DNA from: Octopus vulgaris
Lineage: Eukaryota
Direction: 5' to 3'
DNA: 64,000 bases
Assembly (NCBI GenBank): GCA_951406725.2
Contig: OX597827.1
Coordinates: forward strand, 49,600,001-49,664,000
In this document: piece by piece, positions 38,755 through 51,443 of the stretch
Position numbering within the stretch: the stretch's first letter is position 1
How the letters are laid out: each line of letters starts with the position of its first letter
Notes under the pieces: generated by a model
The model's input: the letters and a program-made list of their open reading frames with translations, nothing else
What the model was told of the DNA's origin: nothing
Database searches by the model: none
Position numbers and translations under genes: made by a program

Positions 38755-39169
38755 GGATCTTTTCGGTTTGAACGGCAGTTTTTAACATAATTTCTAGGTA
38801 ACTAAAAAATTCTAAACTTCGTATACTGGTAGAATGTGTTTATAAAACATCTTTTTCTTTTGGCTTTATTGAGAAAATTCTATAGTTTGTAAGATATTTG
38901 TTGTTTTTTTCCTTCAATTTCTGCAATTTCAACCAATCAATTACGTCTATTGAGGTAAAAAAAACATTCTGTGCCATATGAATATGTCCCTTGTTTAAGA
39001 AACAGATTGGATTTATTTACATTTGTGAAGAAAAAAAAAGATACCCTTCCCCCCACCCCTAACCCTAAAACAGATAGAAATGCAATAGATCGATACTAGG
39101 GTCAAAATTATGAGTGACAATTTCATATGACACCGTTAGAAAAAACTGCCGTTCAAACTGAAAATATCC
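38755..39169. mobile_element. MITE M1 copy 4 (STX18 intron 10)
   Basis: TIRs; TSD TAAAAGAA (38747-38754, 39170-39177). Confidence 0.92.
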
Positions 39170-40033
39170 TAAAAGAAACACAATATGTATAATGATGCAC
39201 ATGCATACACACACACACACACACGCAAGTGAATGGCAGAATTTGTAGTGACAAAATACTTAGTAATCTTCGGATATAATCTTTACTCTTTTACTTGTTT
39301 CAGTCATTTGACTGCGGCCATGCTGGAGCACCGCCTTTAGTCGAGCAAATCGACCCCAGGACTTATTCTTTGTAAGCCCAGTACTTATTTTATTGGTTTC
39401 CTTTGCCGAACCGCTAAGTGACGGGGACGTAAACACACCAGCATCGGTTGTCAAGCAATGCTAGGGGGACAAACACAGACACACACATATATATATACAT
39501 ACATATATACGACAGGCCTCCTTCAGTTTCCGTCTACCAAATCCACTCACAAGGCATTGGTCAGCCCGGGGCTATAGCAGAAGACACTTGCCCAAGATGC
39601 CACGCAGTGGGACTGAACCCGGAACCATGTGGTTGGTAAGCAAGCTACTTACCACACAGCCACTCCTGTGCCTATGTTCATTTAATTTTTATATTCAAGT
39701 ATCATCATGTTTGATTTTGCCTTTCATCTTTCCAAGTATGATAAATACTAGTGGTCAAAGTAATCAACTATAACCAGAAACAGTGCCCCAGTATAGTCAT
39801 AGTCCCATCATTGAAACCATTAAAGAGATAATATATAGGTTATTTTGTAGTACTTATATATATTTGCATATATTTATATATATATATAAATGTGTGTGTG
39901 TGTATAAAATATGTGAGTGTGTGTGTGTTTGTACAAAAGTTGTAACACTGAAGAGTTCAAGGGAAACTCTTGATTATTAAACTATATATCATAGTTTCAT
40001 TTCATATGCATATAGACATTTTGTGTGTGTGTG

Positions 40034-40065
<32 letters not shown>

Positions 40066-40075
40066 TTATACATAC

Positions 40076-40109
<34 letters not shown>

Positions 40110-40442
40110 AATAATTATTTGAGGGAATATTAATCCTAACTTACAGGGAAAAAATTCAATTTAGAAATACTAAATCAAATTTCACACAATCATCATCATC
40201 ATCATCATCGTCGTTTAGCGTCCGTTTTCCATGCTAGCATGGGTTGGACGGTTCTACTGGGGTCTGTGAAGCCAGAAGGCTTCATCAGGCCCAGTCAAAT
40301 CTGGCAGTGTTTCTACGGCTGGATGCCCTTCCTAACGCCAACCACTCCGTGAGTGTAGTGGGTGCTTTTTACGTGCCACCATACATATATATATATATAT
40401 ATAAATTAGAAAAAAAACACCTTTTATCAATTCAAAATTAAC

Positions 40443-40658
40443 AATTAAATTACACCATCTAGAAAATTACATATAATAGAAATATTAAAATTAAAATAAC
40501 AATAACAATAAAATACCAATGATTAAGTAAATTGCAAAAATACCAATTATATACGTTTTTATTATTTTTTTGCAATTTACTTGATCATTGGTATTTTATT
40601 GTTATTTTAATTTTAATATTTCTATTATATGTAATTTTCTAGATGGTGTAATTTAATT
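40443..40658. repeat. Near-perfect inverted repeat (arms 98 and 92 bp, 26-nt loop)
   Basis: 40443-40540 is the reverse complement of 40567-40658 apart from one 6-nt indel and one substitution. Confidence 0.92.
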
Positions 40659-40874
40659 ATATATACATATATATATATATATAAAGTTTATTGTTCACTT
40701 GCCTGATACTTTGAGTTTTCCTTATATACCAGTTATTGAAAAAAGAAAAATTTGTCTCTACCTTCCCCTGACTTTATCAATTTTAGCTTTTAGCCTATGT
40801 TAAAAATCATTATCATTGCCACCATCTTCTAATTGATTCTTTTTTGTCTTTTTTTTTTAATATTTTTCACACAG

Positions 40875-40970
40875 GCCATGAAAAATAATGCTGGCTTCCG
40901 AGTATGGATATTATTCTTCCTTGTGGTCTGCACCTTTGCATTACTGTTTTTAGACTGGTACAACGACTGA
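40875..40970 (+). CDS. STX18: Syntaxin-18 coding exon 11 (C-terminal transmembrane anchor and stop)
   Basis: acacag|[31 protein letters not shown]; 96 nt. The 11 exons sum to 999 nt in one open frame. Confidence 0.97.
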   Translation, partial: AMKNNAGFRVWILFFLVVCTFALLFLDWYND

Positions 40971-42145
40971 GGTGTGCCGCATACAGCAACAACAAGGACA
41001 CCGTCACCTTTCTGCCTTACTGTGATAACAACCTACGCTACCACCAGCACCACAACTATCTTCATCTACATCACCATATACACTCCCTTTTCTTCAACAT
41101 TTTTTCAGATGAACAGCTTCTTGCTCGATTTGATATAATAATAAAGAGGATGATGATGATGATGATGGTCATGAAGGTCGTGATGATAATAATGACGAAG
41201 ATGATGATTGTGGTGCTGGTGATGATGATGATGATGCAATATATTTCTGACAAAACATCTTTCGTTAACGACTTCTGCTGCTCTCTACTTCGTTATGCTA
41301 TGTTCTCTTTCTCTGTCACTTTCTTGTTCTAATCCTTCTTCTTTTTGTATCACCTCTCCCCAACGAATGTACTCTGCTCTATCTCATTATTTTTCTTTTC
41401 TGTTCTCTACTTATGCTTTCATCTCTCTCTCTCTCTCATGTGCCTTTTCTTTCAAAGGTCAATTATTAACCTCACAATCATTGTATAAGACATTGTGCTT
41501 GGATACTCTTAGTTGATTGAAGTTTTCCAACTTGCTATATTACACACATGATACACTTCTGTACAGTGTTGTGGGGTAGTATTCAGTACTATAGACCAAA
41601 TGGTCACAAATCCAAACCTTACCACTGTAGCCTTTGCACTACTACTTCCCCCATGAAAAGGGGGGCTTAACTCTGCTTGCCTCAGTTAGCCTGACTGACA
41701 AAACAGGTTTTGTTCTTATTTCACAGATGACTTGGTAAATAGTTGCAATAGCATCCAGCTGTGAAAACTATGAAATCAAAATAATTAATAAAATTAAACA
41801 TCTCCTGTCTTAAGATGAATATGAAAAAAGAACATGTTAAACAGCACAAAATAAAAACTGTTTCTCTAAATAAATCAAAATGTTTTTTTTTTTCTCCTGT
41901 AGAAAAAAAGAACCTTTTGAATCTTACCCAAAACGGAAACTGTTGTTTGTTTATTTATTTATTTATTGGTTTCAAGTCTTGTCATGGTCAACTTTGCCTG
42001 TCATCCTTCCAGAGTTGATAGTATCAACTAACCCACTTTTCTGAAAATTTGAAACCATTATTATTAATTCGTTTTTAGCATAGAATGTATACGTATGTAT
42101 ATAAAGTGCTGGAAGTGCTGATCTCTGACTGTGGAGGGAACCTGT

Positions 42146-42447
42146 TTGTTCCTTCTCGAGCCATGCCTGGCTCATAAGGGCTGGTTTCCCGGTTTCTTGG
42201 CGTATAGGTTCCACACCTGGATGGGACGCCAGTCCGTCGCAGATAAGCTGCAAGATGCAGGAGGAAAGAGTGAGAGAAAGTTGTGGCGAAAGACTTTGCA
42301 GAAGTTCGCCATTACCTTCTGCTGGAGCCACGTGGAGCTTAGGTGTTTTCGCTCATAAACACACACATCGCCCGGTCTGAGATTCGAACCCGCGATCCCT
42401 CGACCGTAAGTCCACTGCTCTAACCACTAGGCCATGTGCCTCCACAA
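42146..42447 (-). mobile_element. SINE-C (tRNA-derived) nested in an RTE R1 fragment
   Basis: TGGCCTAGTGGTTAGAGC...GGTTCGAATC head; 12-bp TSD GAGGGAACCTGT (42134-42145, 42448-42459); 3' partial copy at about 25740-25845. Confidence 0.88.
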
Positions 42448-45400
42448 GAGGGAACCTGTGGAAGAGGTAAACCCAGGAAGACATGGGTTCAGGTGGTAAA
42501 ATGGTAAAATATGATCTTTGAATGTTGAGTCTCATGGAGGCAATGACAAGTGGTCGAGACTCTCGGCAATTTGTTGTGTTTAAGAAGAAATGTCAAGCTA
42601 AGTGAAATTGTAGTCATGGCCAGTACCAATGACAGGTAAAAAAACATCCATGCTGATGACACATAAAAGGCAGCCATACTAGTGACACATAAAAAACACC
42701 AAGTACACTCTGTGGAGTGGTTGACTTTAGGAAGGGCATTCAGCCATAGAAACCAAGCCAAAACAGATTGGAGCTTGGTGCAGTTTACGAGTTCCAGGCA
42801 AACCATCTAACCCATGTCAGCATGGAAAATGAATGCTAAATGATGATGATGATGATGATGATAAAGGAGAGAGAGTGATTACATAGAACCAGAGAAGTTG
42901 AGCACTCACAAACAGAAATGAAAGGAAGAAACATAAAACCTCAACAGATCCAGCAATAACAACGTTAAAAGTGATCATTAAAATAAGAGTGGCCACATAC
43001 AGAAATAAAACCATTACTAATTTAACAGGATTCTAATATTATTTATATTTCTTCACGGTCCTGGAAGCATGTACCACTTAAGCACAAAATCTCAGCACTG
43101 TTAACATCATGCCAGCTTTTTCTCACCTCTTCTTTTGTTTCATGCTAGAATGGGTTGCATGAGTCTGCAATAGGTCAACCTGAAACATGTCTTGACGTGT
43201 CCAACCTTCTTTGCTTCTGTGTAGTGTAGTGCTGGTTCTGTTGTCACATTCAATAGGGTGGTTGCTATTTACCTCCCACCACCTCAAATCAGCTTTAGTC
43301 AAGTAGCCAGGCTTTTAAGATCAAATAGGTTCTAACCAAAACCATCTTATCTTTCTTTCACACATAACATACTGGACTACGTAATTTAATGTAGGCTGTG
43401 GTTTAAAGGATATTTGATTGAACAGCCATGTTGGGGCTCATCAATAGAGTAACAGTAGTTTATATTCAATCTAGGTTGAGCAGATCATCTCATTTTGTAT
43501 ATCTAGATCTATTACTGTTCAATGTGTCCTGATTTCGAGACATTAGGCTGTGATTTGAGATGGATTTGGTTGCTATTTCTAGAAACTACATAGGGGTTCC
43601 CTCTACATCTATGAATACGCTGCTGATGTACAGATTAAAATTATTTCAGTGTAGAAACATTAATTTAGCTTGATATTACATATAAGCTAACAGTTAAGAG
43701 AAAAACATTAATGCACTTATAATTAAGTTTATTAGGTGACATAAGGTTGTTGTTCAACTCCTATGACAAAGGCATTCCAGCCATGACTTTCTCATTCTTT
43801 TTTAAACTGCTGTGAATTAAAGGGGATTTGGCTGCCATTTCTATCAAGTTAAGCAAGTGACCTTGTAGGGGTTTGTTCCTTGTCTGAAGCCAATAATTTA
43901 GCTTGTAAGGTGACTTTCTTTATGTTGCTTATGAATAAAAGTGTATAGGGATATGAGTCTAACTCATTCAAAATCTGTAAAAATAGATGTATTAACTGAT
44001 AATTAAGTCTAAAATTGTTTATTTTACTTTGATAGCAAAAGACTGGCAATGATTGAATGTGACCCCAAAATGACTATGGCAACCAAAGATTTGGCCATAG
44101 AAATTCAGGTGTAACTCCACAAGACTGATTATAACCTAGTTGTGTTAAATAAAACTCAAACCAACTTGCATAACAGAAGGAACAATGTCCAGTGTAACTT
44201 AGAAATATTTATAACAGAAGAAACTTTACTGTATTATCACACAGTAAAATCTATACACATAGAAATCGAAATCGATCAAAATCAATGGAAATTGTAGTTG
44301 TGATACGAGTGCCGGTGGCATGTAAGAGAACATCCAAATGTGGGTGTTGCCAGTGCCGCCCCGACTGGCCTCCGTGCCAGTGGCACGTAAAAAGCACCAT
44401 CCAATCGTGGCCGTTGCCAGCCCGGCTGGCACATAAAAAGCACCCACTACACTCACGGAGTGGTTGGTGTTAGGAAGGGCATCTAGCTGTAGAAACACTG
44501 CCAGATCAGACTGGGCCTGGTGCAGCCTTCTGGCTTCCCAGACCCCGGTTGAACCGTCCAACCCATGCTAGTATGGAAAGTGGACGTTAAACGATGATGA
44601 TAGGTGCATATTGTGTTGAATGCAACTTAATTGTATTTTGAATAAAGGCTGGAAATGAAGGAGATGAACATACTTTACTACAAAATGTTAGTATGAAAGA
44701 ATGACAAGCTTAAAGAAAAACTAGGTTTTAGAGGAATCAGTTGTGAACAAGAATAAGACTGAACTGATACAAACATGTGATGTATATTGAGGATGACTGT
44801 TGGAAAAAGAAATGCCAAGTAATCTAAGAAGAAATCCGCAAGATGCAAGACCAACCAAGGAAGACATTTTTGGTAGAGTTTTATAGTGAGATGCTATTTC
44901 TAAAACCAAAGAGAGTACTGGATGCATTTTAGAATATGCATTAGCATTGAAAACATGATGTCCTCAATGAGATTATAGGGTCTTCACAACATTGTTTCCA
45001 TTCATTCAAAGCAATGTAACCAAGAAAGCAATTAATGGATAGTCATAGAGGTATCCAATAGCAAGAGAGGAGTGATGTTAATAATAAGTGACCTGGGGAG
45101 AGAGAGAGAGAGATGGCTAGCAATGCAGACGGGTGAGCGTCATGTATTACATACAAACAAACCTAATGCAATCCTTTGTCACATAGGTATTGTAGTGGGA
45201 GGGACCAAGGTAGAGCAATAAGGATAGTGGGGAGATCGAATGATGGATTCATTGCAATTGTTTAGTACACAGGTAACAAGGTATAATAATTAGAAGGGTT
45301 AAGTCAGGGGTTGCCAAAGGGGGTCTGATGGACCACATAGGGATCAACAAGAAATTACAGAGGGTCGAATGTGGGTTGGTGTGTGAAAGACCAGCTCACA

Positions 45401-48104
45401 CAGATGAACTGCTTGAAGTGCTTTGTCGGTGCCATGAAAAGGGGAAAAACATGAGGCATTTTTCACATTTTCTAACTGGGAAAACAGTTTCATAAAAAGT
45501 GAAAGCTTAATTCTGTATATTTGTACACATAGTTTTAAATGTAAAAAGTGCAGCGCTGAATTAACCATTAAGCAAAATAAGCACATGCCTGGAGCATCAA
45601 GAGAAGGAGTGGGGGCACCACAGAAATGGTAAATGGTCTACAGCACAAAAGAAATCACTTTAAACTTGCTAAAATAATATTTGGGATGCCTTTATCTCTA
45701 CTAAGTATAGATGCAGATGTGTTACCTAAGATTAATTTTGAGAATCAATTCAAAAAAGTAGGAAGAAACTTTTCAAATATAAATAAAATGGAATTATACA
45801 AAAATAAACATTATTTTCCTTCTTACTGTTTTCTGTTTTGAAAAATAAAAATTTATTTTATGGTGTGTTATTCTTTACATTTTGAATTACATAATCTTTT
45901 ATGGGGCACCAAAATCTTTTGAGTGCTTAGGGCCTTGATGGGTCTTAATCTGGCCATGTTAAAGTGTATCCTCTTCAATAGAATTTCTTAATTTGTGATA
46001 CATGTATATCTTAGCCAGCATTTTAATTGCTAGCATCAGTACCTGGTACACAGTTAAGATATGATATGGTAGGATAGGGTATTAAGCTATTTTAAATGAG
46101 GAGGGTTGTCGATGTGAAAGGAGAATGGCTAAACGGGATCAATACAGAAGGGGAAGTGGCTAAAGGGGATCGATGGTCGAAAAAGTTTGGCAAATCCTGA
46201 GTTAAGTGATAGAAAGATGAGAAGGTACCAAAAATGTTGGGAATGGGGAGTAGCAGATACTCTTTTACTTGTTTCAGTCATTTGACTGTGGCCATGCTGG
46301 AGCACCGCCTTTAGTCAAGCAAATCGATCCCAGGACTTATTCTTTGTAAACCTAGTACTTGTTCTATCGGTCACTTTTGCTGAACCGCTAAGTTACGGGG
46401 ACGTAAATACATCAGCATCGGTGGTCAAGCGATGCTGGGGTGACAAACACAGACACACAAACATATACACACACATCCATATATATATCTATACAGATAT
46501 ACGACGGGCTTCTTTCAGTTTCCGTCTACCAAATCCACTCACAAGGCTTTGGTTGGCTCGAGGCTATAATAGAAGACACTTGCCCAAGGTGCCACACAGT
46601 GGGACTGAATCCGGAACCATGTGGTTCGTAAGCAAGCTACTTACCACACAGCCACTCCTGGAAACATTTTATATGTATATACATGAAGTAATATTAGCTA
46701 TTGTAAGTACTAACTCAACACAGAAAAGAGAAACAGGTTCACTGTGCATACAACTATCATTCCCAAACTTCCGTTATATTCAACCACCAAGAACAAAGAA
46801 ATAAAATCTAGTTGTCACTGCTTTTTTGGTTTGTCTGCTTGAGTGTCAGCTCTGATATCTCCGAAGTTATTAAAGCTAATAGTTATATAAGAAACAAAAT
46901 CAGTTACCTTCTACCTCCAACCCACAAAAAAGAATTTTTATATCAGATAAGAGTAGTTCTAATAATTAGTTATGTAAAATATGTTCAAATACAGGGCACC
47001 TGCTTAGAAAAATGTTCCCATGCATAGGTGCATAATGAAAGAGTTTATTTATAATATGCAACAGAAAAAAGTACATTCAAATATTCTTTTCTACTCTAGG
47101 CACAAGGCCTGAAATTTTGGGGGAGAGAGCCAGTCGATTACATCGACCTCAGTACTTAATTTATCAACCCTGAAAGGATGAAAAGCAAAACTGACCTTGG
47201 CAGAATTTGAGCTCAGAACGTAACGACAGACGAAATACCTACTTCTTTACTACCCACAAGGGACTAAACACAGAATGGACAAATGGATTAAGTCAATTAT
47301 ATCGACCCCAGTGCATAACTGGTACTTATTTAATTGACCCCGAAAGGGTGAAAGGCAAAGTCAACCTCAGCGGAATTTGAACTCAGAATGTAGCGGCAGA
47401 CGAAATACCGCTAAGCATTTCGCCCGGCGTGCTAACGTTTCTAGCAGCTCGCCACCTGATTAATAATGGTAATATTCCTTTCTATTATAGGCACAAGGCC
47501 TGAAACTTTAGGGGAGGATGGTAAGTTGATTACATCAACCCCAGTACTCAACTGGTACTTATTTTATCATCCCCAAAAGGATGATAGGAAAAATCAACCT
47601 AAACACCATTTGAACTCAAAAACATAAAGAGTCAAAACAAATTGTGTCAAGCATTTTCTTTGATGTGCTCATGATTCTGCCAGCTCACCAACATAATAAT
47701 AATAACAATTGTGATTTCTGAGATTAAGCACTTGACCAAATATTTTTGGGAATGGTAAGGTTGTTTATATTGATCATAATACTTGACTGGTATTTGTTTT
47801 AACAACACCAGAATGATGAAAAGTAAAGGTGACTTTGACAGCAACTGAACACAATATGTAATGAAATATTGCGTTATTTCATCTAGCACTCTAATGATTT
47901 TAATACTCAGCATCCTAATATCAGTAACAATGATAATAATAATAATAATAATAATAATCGTTTAATGTCCGCTTTCCATGCTAGCATGGGTTGGACAATT
48001 TGCCTGAGGTCTGGTGAACCAGATGGCTGCACCAGACTCCAATCTGATCTGGCAGAGTTTCTACAGCTGAATGCCCTTCCTAACACCAAGATAATAATAA
48101 TAAC

Positions 48105-48139
<35 letters not shown>

Positions 48140-48386
48140 ATTGAAATGTTGGCACAAACCAACAGATTCAAGAGAAGGAGGCTAGTCAATTATATCGACC
48201 TCAGTACTCAACTGGTACTTATTTTATCAACTGCAAAATGATGATAAATAAAGTTGACCTTAGTAGAATTAACAATAATATCTACTATAGACATGAGGCC
48301 TAAAACTGGGGAGAGAGGACTAGTTGATTACATCAAACCCAGTGTTCAATTGTACTTAATTTATCAACCCCAAAAGGATCAAAGGT

Positions 48387-49925
48387 TGTTGTAAAGTGGG
48401 TTCCTCCCACTGGTGTGATATGTGACTGCCATTGTACTGTAGTTGCTGTTTTACACTAATAGCCACAATAGTTACTAGTCATTGGAAACCGTTGTATTTC
48501 TTCATACCGGAATAGTAATACACCAACCTCTTCTGTGTTACTATCACATATCAAGATAGACGGCACATGACCTTGCACGTGGGGGCCCAGTTAGAATTTT
48601 TTTCTGGTCAAGTAACCCATCCTACTCAAAAGGTCCCTGAATAAGGGTTGTTTAAGGATGTTGAATGAAACACCCATGTTTCCAGGGGTGAATCATTCAA
48701 ACCCCAAGACACCGACTAGAAGTCTTTGACTCTCTACCATCTCTTGACAACTGGCTACTGGTCTATTTATAATGGCTGGTTCCTACCACATTTTACTGGG
48801 AGGGGTATACAGTTTCACTATACAAAATCTCCCCTTTTAATTATTTTATTTATCAATCAATTTCTTTTATTCACCCACCTCCTCCTCTTTTTTTTATATA
48901 CTCAATATCTTTTCTTCTTAGGGTCTACGTTTAGGAATTCAGTGTTCTTCCTTTTCCTTCTACTTGTGGTTATTGTAACCATGTTGGAACCTGAAAAGTC
49001 TTATATAGCCAATCCATCGGTACTTCTACTCTTGTTGGTTCCTTATCTATGACCGTTTACTTAAACTGATTTCTATGTCTCCCATTTCTGCTTCTTACAC
49101 CATACATCATTCTTCCTATGTATGTTACAATTTCTCCTTCTTCCCAGTATTGCTTGCCATTTTTGTACATTCTTACCATATCACCGATTCTAAAGAATTT
49201 TGGCATGTCTCTACTAGCACATATTTTTTTCTTCACTGGTAACAGTTTATCGAATACTGACACTTTGCTTTCTTATATGGACAATCTTTTTTCAGGTGCA
49301 TCCCACCACATGCCATACATGGATCTACATCCGATATTTTTTCTGTTTTTCCTGCAACACTTTGTCTTCAGACTTTTTTGCACTAGTCTTATGTGAACAC
49401 ACTCATTCCGTTGAATATCTTCTGTGGCATGCCTTAATTTTAATATCATGTCACACTCTTCTGACAGTTTCTGTGATGTCAAATCCAGGTTCATTTCCAG
49501 TTTTGCTAGAATTTTCATTTGGATTTCTGCATCCCTTTTATCTGTTAATTCTTGTGCGAAAATCAAACACTTGAAAGAATCTGGAGTAAGCACATCCAGC
49601 CTAAATCTCTCACATTCTTTGCTGACTCCACCTGTGTAAGTAGTGAAGGCTTCATCTTCACTCTTTTCTATGTTAAAACATTTCCATTTAGTATTAAACA
49701 GAGAACTCTTTTCAATAAACATTTTGCACAAAATGTCTACTGTGTCCGTGAAGTTTATTTCGGATGCTCTTTTTTTTTTTTGGCAATACGAAGTTACTAT
49801 ACTTCTCATGCTCTGCTGTCACAAGTTTTCTTAAAACTAGACATGTTTTCATTTTGTCAGTTCACTCCTGACATTCTTTTGTTCAGATCTTCAAAAGTAA
49901 GCCTCTTCAGGGTCATATTTAACTC
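48387..49925 (-). mobile_element. Internally deleted Ty3/Gypsy LTR retrotransposon remnant
   Basis: Gag-like ORF 49273-49809 (SLFNTKWKCFN...FKCLIFAQ.L...DAEIQMKILAKLE) abuts an integrase C-terminus-like ORF 49057-49263 (FRIGDMV...WEEG.I....GRMMY...HRNQ); polypurine tract AAAAGGGGAGA then a putative TG..CA LTR at 48824-48387. Confidence 0.75.
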
Positions 49926-49941
49926 AATAATAATAATGATG

Positions 49942-50038
<97 letters not shown>

Positions 50039-50045
50039 TTATTAT
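49925..50045. repeat. (AAT)n microsatellite
   Basis: Directly visible. Confidence 0.95.
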
Positions 50046-51285
50046 TAACACCAATAGGAATTGAAACAGGCAATTATAGTGATCTTAGAACCTGACTGAT
50101 ACTTTGTTGACTCTTGAAGGATGAAAGATAGCATTGGCTTTGATGAAATTTGAACTCAGAATGTAAGATGTAGAGAGCCTGAATAAATACTGCAAAGGTA
50201 TCTTGTTTAACACTAACAATTCTACCAATGCACCACCCTTAATATTTTCTAGGATGTATACAAGGCCTCAGATTTAAGGGAGAATGGTGAGTCGTTTTAT
50301 TGATTCCAGTAATTGACTGGTTCTTTATATTTATATTGACCCCCAGAAGGATGAAAGATAATGCTTTATTTTATTGACACCGAAAGAATGAAAGGTAAAA
50401 ATTGACTTCAGCAGGATCTGAACTCAGAATGTAAAGAGTAAGACAAAATGCAGGAGTGGCTGTGTGGTAAGTAGCTTGTTTACCAACCACTAGGTTCCGG
50501 GTTCAGTCCCACTGCGTGGCACCTTGGGCAAGTGTCTTCTACTATAGCCTCGGGCCGACCAAAGCCTTGTGAGTGGATTCGGTAGACGGAAACTGAAAGA
50601 AGCCCGTCGTATATATGTATATATATATATATGTGTGTGTTTGTCCCCTAGCATTGCTTGACAACCGATGCTGGTGTGTTTATGTTCCCATTACTTAGCG
50701 GTTCGACAAAAGAGACTGATAGGAAAAAGAGACAAAAGAATAAGTCCTCTGGTCGAGTTGCTCAGTTAAAGGTGGTGCTCCAGCATGGCTGCGGTCAAAT
50801 GACTGAAACAAGTAAAAGAGTAAAGAGTAAAGCATTCTGTCTAGGCATGAGAGCAGGCTCTCACATACCAGCACAGGATTCAAATTTGGAACAAAAAAAA
50901 AGAAAGAAAATTAATACTAAAAATACTAAAGTACAAAGATCTACCATTTCTGCCAACTTAACTACTTTTCTCCTTTCTACAGTATTGATGATTTCAATCA
51001 TAATGATGCTCATAACCAGCAGCTGCTGTGATCAATCAAGCATGACATTACAACTAGAAAATCCTGGAGACATTATTCACTGAAGCCTGACTTTAATTTG
51101 CTAAATCACTTTCAACTTCCATTATTTTTGTCTTGTATTTTGTTACTATAGTTGTCACATCATGCAAACTTGTAGTTTACATGCTTGCTTACCATCACCA
51201 CCATCAACCCCACTCCTCGGCCACATTTTTTTTATTGTTTTCTTTTGCAATCAAACCCAATCAGTTAAAAGGTACACCCATGAAG

Positions 51286-51316
<31 letters not shown>

Positions 51317-51382
51317 CATACATACATACATGCACATATGTATGCATGTATGTATATATATATATCTGTGTGTGTGTGTATG

Positions 51383-51420
<38 letters not shown>

Positions 51421-51443
51421 AATGTGTGTATACAGTATTTATA

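Noticed and set aside
42375-42447. tRNA gene (also at 14556, 50449 and 62365)
   Set aside because: The tRNA-like segments continue into SINE bodies, occur in multiple copies (with a TSD in the 42146 case), and lack a clean acceptor stem.
50982-51030. Terminal exon after a good acceptor (TTTCTACAG|TATTGATGAT...CTGTGA)
   Set aside because: Only about 15 codons, no recognisable homology, and no upstream partner exon needing it.
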